The notes beneath the pieces are model-generated. The model worked only from the letters and a program-made list of their open reading frames with translations, ran no database searches and was not told the origin of the DNA. DNA of 32,000 nucleotides. Source: Promethearchaeota archaeon (GTDB lineage Archaea > Asgardarchaeota > Hermodarchaeia > Hermodarchaeales > Hermodarchaeaceae). The stretch is taken from NCBI GenBank assembly GCA_048938295.1, contig JBHLMI010000004.1:91082-123081 (forward strand). The letters are read 5' to 3'. Shown piece by piece: positions 26,689-32,000 of the stretch; position 1 is the first letter of the stretch; each line of letters opens with the position of its first letter. The translations under genes were made by a program, and so were the position numbers.

Positions 26689-27228
26689 TCATTCACGTAA
26701 TGAGAACTCCCACGCGCACCACCAGTCCTCGGGGTGTGGGTCTGGTGGACAGCCTAGACACCGAGTTGTGATTCGTGGATCGATAGTTTTTGCAAATTCA
26801 CTGTATTCAACCAAGCCTACGGCTTTACATGGAAAATCTGGTAATCCTCTGCGTTTTCGTGCATCCTGAACACGGCATTGTTCCATTCGGTAAATGAAGC
26901 GAGTCTCGTCGATCTCTTCAATGGATTGTTTGTTTAATCGTGCATAAACCCGGAATTGCAGTGCTTGTTTCAATCCTTCCAATCCCGAATTTGGTGGAAT
27001 CTTCATCTCTTTCATAATTCGCTGCGCTTCAATTGGAGAAAAATGCCGCCATGATTCGGTATCGAGTTCGATTGCAGTTTCCATATCATATTTCTTTTCT
27101 GCGGCAAGGAACCATGTGCCGTCAATGGCTAGCCAGTTCTTGGCATACATATCGATGATTTTGAGAAGTTCTTCTCGAGAGAGTTCTTCAAAGACTACTG
27201 GTTTTGGCAAAAAAGGTAGCCTCCGCAA
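26689..27228 (-). CDS. DUF6125-like Cys-containing V4R/HNOX-type protein
   Basis: NWLAIDGTWF, CRVQDARKRRGL..FPC, CLGCPPDPHP...CAWEF. Confidence 0.75.
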   Translation of the reverse strand: MRRLPFLPKPVVFEELSREELLKIIDMYAKNWLAIDGTWFLAAEKKYDMETAIELDTESWRHFSPIEAQRIMKEMKIPPNSGLEGLKQALQFRVYARLNKQSIEEIDETRFIYRMEQCRVQDARKRRGLPDFPCKAVGLVEYSEFAKTIDPRITTRCLGCPPDPHPEDWWCAWEFSLRE

Positions 27229-27274
27229 ACTCCTGGGGCTTGCGGTTATTTTAGTTTAGCTTTCAGCTAAGAGC

Positions 27275-28237
27275 CTAAAATTCCACAGCGAGATCGAGTT
27301 CGCGGACAAGTTCCTTATAGCGATTACGAACCGTAACTTCAGTGACATGGGCGACTTCAGCGATTTCCCGTTGGGTACGTCGTTCGCCTTCCATGATTGC
27401 TGAGATATACAAGGCTGACGCCGCAAGACCAGTCGGATCTTTGCCAGTGGTGAAACCTTTACGCTTAGCATTTTCAAGGATTTGGACAGCCCGACGTTGT
27501 ACTCGGCTGCTGAGGCCGAGACTTTGGGCAAACCGTGGAATGAAGTTGGTTGGTTGGGATACTGGCATTCGGACATCAAGGCGACGGAGGAGTAATCGGT
27601 AACAGCGACCTAGTTCTTTACGGTTGATTCGGCTCTGCTGAGCGATTTCAACAAGGGTACAGGGAGCTTCTCGAAGCCGACAAGCAGCATACATAGCAGC
27701 GGCGATCATGGCGTCTATACTGCGACCACGGATTAGTCGACGTTCTAAAGCCCGTCGATACATCACAGCGGCTGTTTCTTTGACATTGCGCGATACACCA
27801 AGTTGACTACTAAGACGATCCAATTCACTCATAGCACTGGCAAGGTTGCGTTCAATGCTGGAGTGGACTCGTGACCGACGCTGCCATTTTCGGAGGCGAT
27901 AGATTTCAGCGCGTCGATTGGAGGTGATTTGACGACCAGCGGCGTCACGATTCCGCCAATCAATCATTGTGCTTAAATCATGATCTTGAAGCGCATAGTT
28001 AATGGGGCTTCCTGTTCGTGCTCGTTTTTCTCGTTCCTCGCTAGTGAAGGCACGCCATTCCGGGCCAGAATCAATGGTATTTCCATCTAGAACTAACCCA
28101 CAGTTCGCGCATGTGAGCTCCCCTCGGCTCTCATCACGGATCATATCTTTTTCACCGCAGTCAGGACACACGCGATGTTCCTGCAAATCTGTAAATTGCC
28201 GATGTTTGTCATGGATTGAGGAATTTTCTTCCATCAT
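27275..28237 (-). CDS. tfb: Transcription initiation factor IIB (TFB), paralogue 1
   Basis: Zn ribbon CPDC...CANC, GPEWRAF, RLRKWQ, two cyclin repeats, GKDPTGLAA, TQREIA..A.VTEVTVRNRYKEL. Confidence 0.97.
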   Translation of the reverse strand: MMEENSSIHDKHRQFTDLQEHRVCPDCGEKDMIRDESRGELTCANCGLVLDGNTIDSGPEWRAFTSEEREKRARTGSPINYALQDHDLSTMIDWRNRDAAGRQITSNRRAEIYRLRKWQRRSRVHSSIERNLASAMSELDRLSSQLGVSRNVKETAAVMYRRALERRLIRGRSIDAMIAAAMYAACRLREAPCTLVEIAQQSRINRKELGRCYRLLLRRLDVRMPVSQPTNFIPRFAQSLGLSSRVQRRAVQILENAKRKGFTTGKDPTGLAASALYISAIMEGERRTQREIAEVAHVTEVTVRNRYKELVRELDLAVEF

Positions 28238-28521
28238 ACATTCTTCTCCTAATATATGGTCAGGGAAGTTTAGGATTCAGACCGTACCCTGCATATGGAT
28301 GCATGATGTTTCAAGATGACCAAGAGGTTCAACAATGGAACCTGAGATGGTAGTAAATCTCGCGGGATAAAGTGAATTTAACCGCGATGCTCATCAATAG
28401 CCTTATAAACTTTCCCATTTATTTACTAGTTGAACAAGTATTTAAATGTATGCTTTTTCTTCATAGTAATTTGTGAGACCCGCCTCTGGAAAGGAAGTGC
28501 ATGTTCCACCTCAGTTACCCA

Positions 28522-29493
28522 TCAGATGTCCACATGGAGCTGTAGGACACGAACCATTTCCTTGTAGCGATTCCGGACCGTCACTTCAGTGACACGAGCA
28601 ACAGCCGCAATTTCGCGTTGAGTCCGTCGTTCACCCTCTTGGATGGATGCAATATAGAGGGTAGCCGCAGCCAGCCCAGTAGGGTCTTTACCCGCTGTGA
28701 TCCCCTTGGCTTTAGCTTTGTCAAGGATGTCGATGGCACGACGTTGCACACGACTTGACAGATTCAGGGCTTGAGCAAACCGGGGAACAAAGTCCGTTGG
28801 TTGGGAAATTGGAACTCGCATGTCGAGTTTTCGAAGTAGCAGCCGATAGCAGCGACCAAGTTCCTTACGATTAATTCGACTATGATGGGCGATTTCATCC
28901 AAGGTTCGAGGAACCTGGCGGAGCCGGCAACCCGCATAGACACAGGCCGCGATCATCGCTTCGATACTACGTCCACGAATCAAATGGCGCTCGACAGTTC
29001 GGCGATACAAGATAGCAGATGCTTCTTTCACTGGGCGGGGAACGCCTAGCTGGCTTGTGATACGGTCCAACTCGCTCATAGCCCGCGCTAGATTTCGATC
29101 AATACTAGAATGAACACGTGTACGAATTTGCCATTTGCGGAGTCGATATATTTGAGCCCGAAGACCTGGCGCTAGTTTTCGGCCATTCGCGTCTCGGTCA
29201 CGCCAATCGATGGTAGTACTAAGTCCTTTATCGTGACGGGTGAAATCAATGGGGGCCCCAGTACGGGCACGTCTGTCCCTTTCTTCACTTGTGAAAGCGC
29301 GCCATTCAGGTCCCTGATCGACCATATGGGAATCGAGGACTAGCCCACAACTTGTGCAGATAACTTCACCACGAATAGGATCGCGGATTACATCGGAGGT
29401 TCCGCAATCGGAGCAAGTGACTACTACGGCATCGGGTGCCTCCCGTTGACGCTGGGAGCGTATGAATGTGTCAGGCTGGATAGTCTTTGCCAT
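28522..29493 (-). CDS. tfb: Transcription initiation factor IIB (TFB), paralogue 2
   Basis: Zn ribbon CSDC...CTSC, GPEWRAF, HDKGLST, RLRKWQ, GKDPTGLAA, VTEVTVRNRYKEM. Confidence 0.97.
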   Translation of the reverse strand: MAKTIQPDTFIRSQRQREAPDAVVVTCSDCGTSDVIRDPIRGEVICTSCGLVLDSHMVDQGPEWRAFTSEERDRRARTGAPIDFTRHDKGLSTTIDWRDRDANGRKLAPGLRAQIYRLRKWQIRTRVHSSIDRNLARAMSELDRITSQLGVPRPVKEASAILYRRTVERHLIRGRSIEAMIAACVYAGCRLRQVPRTLDEIAHHSRINRKELGRCYRLLLRKLDMRVPISQPTDFVPRFAQALNLSSRVQRRAIDILDKAKAKGITAGKDPTGLAAATLYIASIQEGERRTQREIAAVARVTEVTVRNRYKEMVRVLQLHVDI

Positions 29494-29807
29494 TTACGTT
29501 CTACCAATGAGTTTGATGTTGCGCGGAGATGGAGTCTCTCCTACTTTATGCGGAAACATCCGAGGGCGGATATTACGGTAGGGATTCGAACCAGAGGGGG
29601 CCTCTCCAATACTCATGAAAAGGATCCATGTGGAGTGTGAGAGACAGCGTATGAAGGGCTAATCCCGCGCAAGGTGTCGAAACTTTTTTAAGGTTGCGAG
29701 TGGCGTTTGACACTTCTTTATCATATAAAAATGTTCTTATTTTCCACAGATTACTCGACAAAATCTCATTCTGAGTCGAGTGAAGAAGGAGATGTTGACG
29801 ATGGCAG

Positions 29808-30692
29808 CTAGATTTCTTTTTCACAAGCGTTGCAATAACGTGACCCATGAATGATTGTTGCGTTGCAGTGAGGGCACCGGGATTGTCCTGTAGGCGCTTG
29901 CCGACCTGTGCCTTTTAGGTGCTTGGTAACTTTTCCTTTCAGTGACGAGATGGCTTGGGCGCTTGGGGAGCCGCCTTTAGATGGTGGTGGGGGTGGAGCT
30001 TGTTCAACGGGATGTGGTGCTGGTAATGGTGGTGGTGCTTCCATGGGTGGAGCGGGAGCAGGTGGTGGCGGTGCAGGGCTACTCTGGGCTGGTACGTAAG
30101 CTGGTGCCGCATCAACGGCAAGTGGTGGTTGGCTGGTTGGTTCAGTGTATGAAGAAATGTCGACGGCTGATTCGGGAGCGGTGGCCACGTATAAGCCGGG
30201 TTCACGAGTGAAATGACCGCTAATTCCTGTAATTAGTAACCCAATGAAGCCGATGAATAGAGACGCCACAAGGAATTCCAGAAAAATCGCTAAAACCGAT
30301 GTGCCGCCAGTCATGGCACTAAGCAAGGCGGCAAGATCTGAAAAAAGCGTTAGAAATGGGATATACGAATTCACAAAAAACTGAAAAGAATCCCAGGCTT
30401 GAGAAATTTCGTAAAAGGACAATGGGTGTAAAAACACTCCGATGAGGAGTGTTGAACACAATGCGAGAAAGATCATGAGTCCCAAGTAGATGAGGAAAGA
30501 AATCAGTAAAAGGTGTAACACGCGAATCCGCCCACCGATTCCAACGATAAGACACGCGATAATGAATCCCAAAGGGATTAACCACATACGAATAGAAAGT
30601 GGAATTAGAGTAACTCCAGCAAGTAAAGTAAACACGATGACAGATATCGCCCCACCGAGGACGGCTACCAGACTCCGATCCATTGGAAGCAC
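29808..30692 (-). CDS. Multi-pass membrane protein with polyproline linker and C-terminal zinc ribbon
   Basis: About 4-5 hydrophobic helices, PAPPPPAPAPP...APPPPP, C-terminal CPHC-x10-CNAC; TTATAA box upstream. Confidence 0.75.
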   Translation of the reverse strand: MLPMDRSLVAVLGGAISVIVFTLLAGVTLIPLSIRMWLIPLGFIIACLIVGIGGRIRVLHLLLISFLIYLGLMIFLALCSTLLIGVFLHPLSFYEISQAWDSFQFFVNSYIPFLTLFSDLAALLSAMTGGTSVLAIFLEFLVASLFIGFIGLLITGISGHFTREPGLYVATAPESAVDISSYTEPTSQPPLAVDAAPAYVPAQSSPAPPPPAPAPPMEAPPPLPAPHPVEQAPPPPPSKGGSPSAQAISSLKGKVTKHLKGTGRQAPTGQSRCPHCNATIIHGSRYCNACEKEI

Positions 30693-30827
30693 CCATATTT
30701 AGTGTCCCCGAAAATGCCTTATAAGCAGATTGACCGGCTTCAAAAACATTGAAAACTTTGTAGAGAATCACAAGGTTATTGAAAAAGGTAAAGACACAAG
30801 TTTCATTCTATTCTGTAACACCTTATT

Positions 30828-32000
30828 TCAAATCGTTACCGAATATGGGTGTAACCCCACACCCTCTATCCTGTCCACCTTGAAGGCTTCCGGGACTGCT
30901 TTTCTACCAATATTGTATCCTGCATTCACATCCGCGTTGATGACAAGCCCTGTCGAGGACTGGAAAAGCCCTCGTTTTACTCGATGTCCCAAATACTTAG
31001 TTTGGTGATCAAGTGGTTCATTATCAAGGAAACTCACTCTAGAAGTATAACTTTCATCCACCAAACACACCTCAACACCCACCAATTTGGCCTTATACTG
31101 TATTTGTTGTAGAAGCTTCAGGAACGGTACATTCACAAAATTTTGGTTTGTGTATTTGCCTAAGCTGATATGTTGTTTCCACATTTTGTTATATCCAATC
31201 ACAATTCGTCCGAAATCATTCTCGATTGCATAATCAACAATTCGCCTTGAAACTTTATGAAAATAATCTGTAATCTTGTTCATTCGTTTCAAGAGTAACC
31301 GTTGTAGTCGTCTGGTTTGACCCATAAGACCTTGTTTATCCGCAATGGAACAAAGGCGTGCTCGCTCTTTGTTATAATATTGATTGATAGATTTTACAAC
31401 TCCGCCTTTAACTCGCCAGGGCAGAAGCCCTGCGTTGTTTACAACAGTTACGAGGTTGTAAAGACCAATATCAATACTGATGATGCGGTGTTTTTCTAAC
31501 ATTAGATTAACAGGCTTTACCTCATAGACAACCTCTAGGATGTAATGATTTCCCCGTGGCAATATCCGAACATGACGAAACCTCGCCAAAATCCGAGTTT
31601 TGATAGGGCTAAGCTGGGTTTTCCTTGGGAAGATCAGGCGGCCTGCTCTGGTACAGCACTGTTGGTTTGTGAAAATAATGATGCTCTCACCACTTTTTGC
31701 CTTATAACGAGGAATACCTGGTTTACCTCTGTATTTCTCCGGGTATTTCTCCCAGTCTTTAATGGCTTCAAAGAAAGATTTCCAGTTTTTATCAAGTAAT
31801 CTGAGAATCTGCTGAGCTGTCTGTGCTGGAAGGCGCCTGTATGCATCTGTTTTCTTCATAAGTGAATACAATTCTCTATATCGAATCCAGTACCTCTCGC
31901 TGATGAATTTTTGACGAATGTGATAATTAGCTTGATTGTAGAGATTCTTTGCTAAATGACAGATTCTTGAAAAAGCAGCTGTCTTACTTAATTGGATTCT
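30828..32000 (-). CDS. tnpB: TnpB (Cys-less zinc-finger type, rearranged RuvC-II), 5' end outside the window
   Basis: Frame is open to base 32000 (RIQLSKTAAFSRICHLAKNLYNQANY...). ISIDIG, IVIGYN..WKQ, VDESYTS, INADVNAGYNI. Confidence 0.92.
   Translation of the reverse strand, partial: RIQLSKTAAFSRICHLAKNLYNQANYHIRQKFISERYWIRYRELYSLMKKTDAYRRLPAQTAQQILRLLDKNWKSFFEAIKDWEKYPEKYRGKPGIPRYKAKSGESIIIFTNQQCCTRAGRLIFPRKTQLSPIKTRILARFRHVRILPRGNHYILEVVYEVKPVNLMLEKHRIISIDIGLYNLVTVVNNAGLLPWRVKGGVVKSINQYYNKERARLCSIADKQGLMGQTRRLQRLLLKRMNKITDYFHKVSRRIVDYAIENDFGRIVIGYNKMWKQHISLGKYTNQNFVNVPFLKLLQQIQYKAKLVGVEVCLVDESYTSRVSFLDNEPLDHQTKYLGHRVKRGLFQSSTGLVINADVNAGYNIGRKAVPEAFKVDRIEGVGLHPYSVTI

Noticed and set aside
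29525-29546. GGAGATGGAGTCTCTCCTAC, resembling a fluoride riboswitch start
   Set aside because: The other conserved elements are missing, and no plus-strand gene follows.
29581-29592. GGTTCGAATCCC T-loop-like motif on the minus strand
   Set aside because: The T-stem does not pair and no acceptor or anticodon arms can be built.
29573-29848. 91-aa ORF upstream of tfb paralogue 2
   Set aside because: Overlaps the end of the upstream gene, spans promoter-like AT tracts, and has no protein-like features.

Overview
Archaeal chromosomal window, most likely an Asgard archaeon. This is inferred from a eukaryote-type ribosomal protein eL22 homologue, a MglA-like small GTPase plus Roadblock protein, GatDE, archaeal TpiA, tandem TFBs and a CCA-encoding archaeal tRNA. 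From left to right it carries: an amino-acid/acyl-CoA catabolic block (N-terminally extended glutamate dehydrogenase, an RHH plus tandem V4R-like regulator with TGTACA sites upstream, an ADP-forming acyl-CoA ligase-GNAT fusion, PPase); tRNA-Arg(UCU); a SAMP/ThiS-like protein; a surface glycoprotein; gatDE; glyS; a Pro/Glu-rich protein; a Roadblock-thioredoxin-small GTPase-eL22 cluster; tpiA; mscL; two VIT1/CCC1 paralogues; USP; DUF6125; two tandem tfb genes; and three solo TnpB elements of three different types with no TnpA. The best leads are: (1) a small GTPase with a CxxC in switch I and a Q-to-L G3 change, encoded next to a thioredoxin and a Roadblock protein (possible redox-gated GTPase module); (2) two TnpBs with the rearranged, Fanzor-type RuvC-II site, one with a readable right end and guide; (3) an apparently circularly permuted MscL; (4) the RHH-multi-V4R regulator with candidate operators; (5) an unexplained structured intergenic RNA candidate. 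All family calls come from motif recognition by eye; no searches were run.
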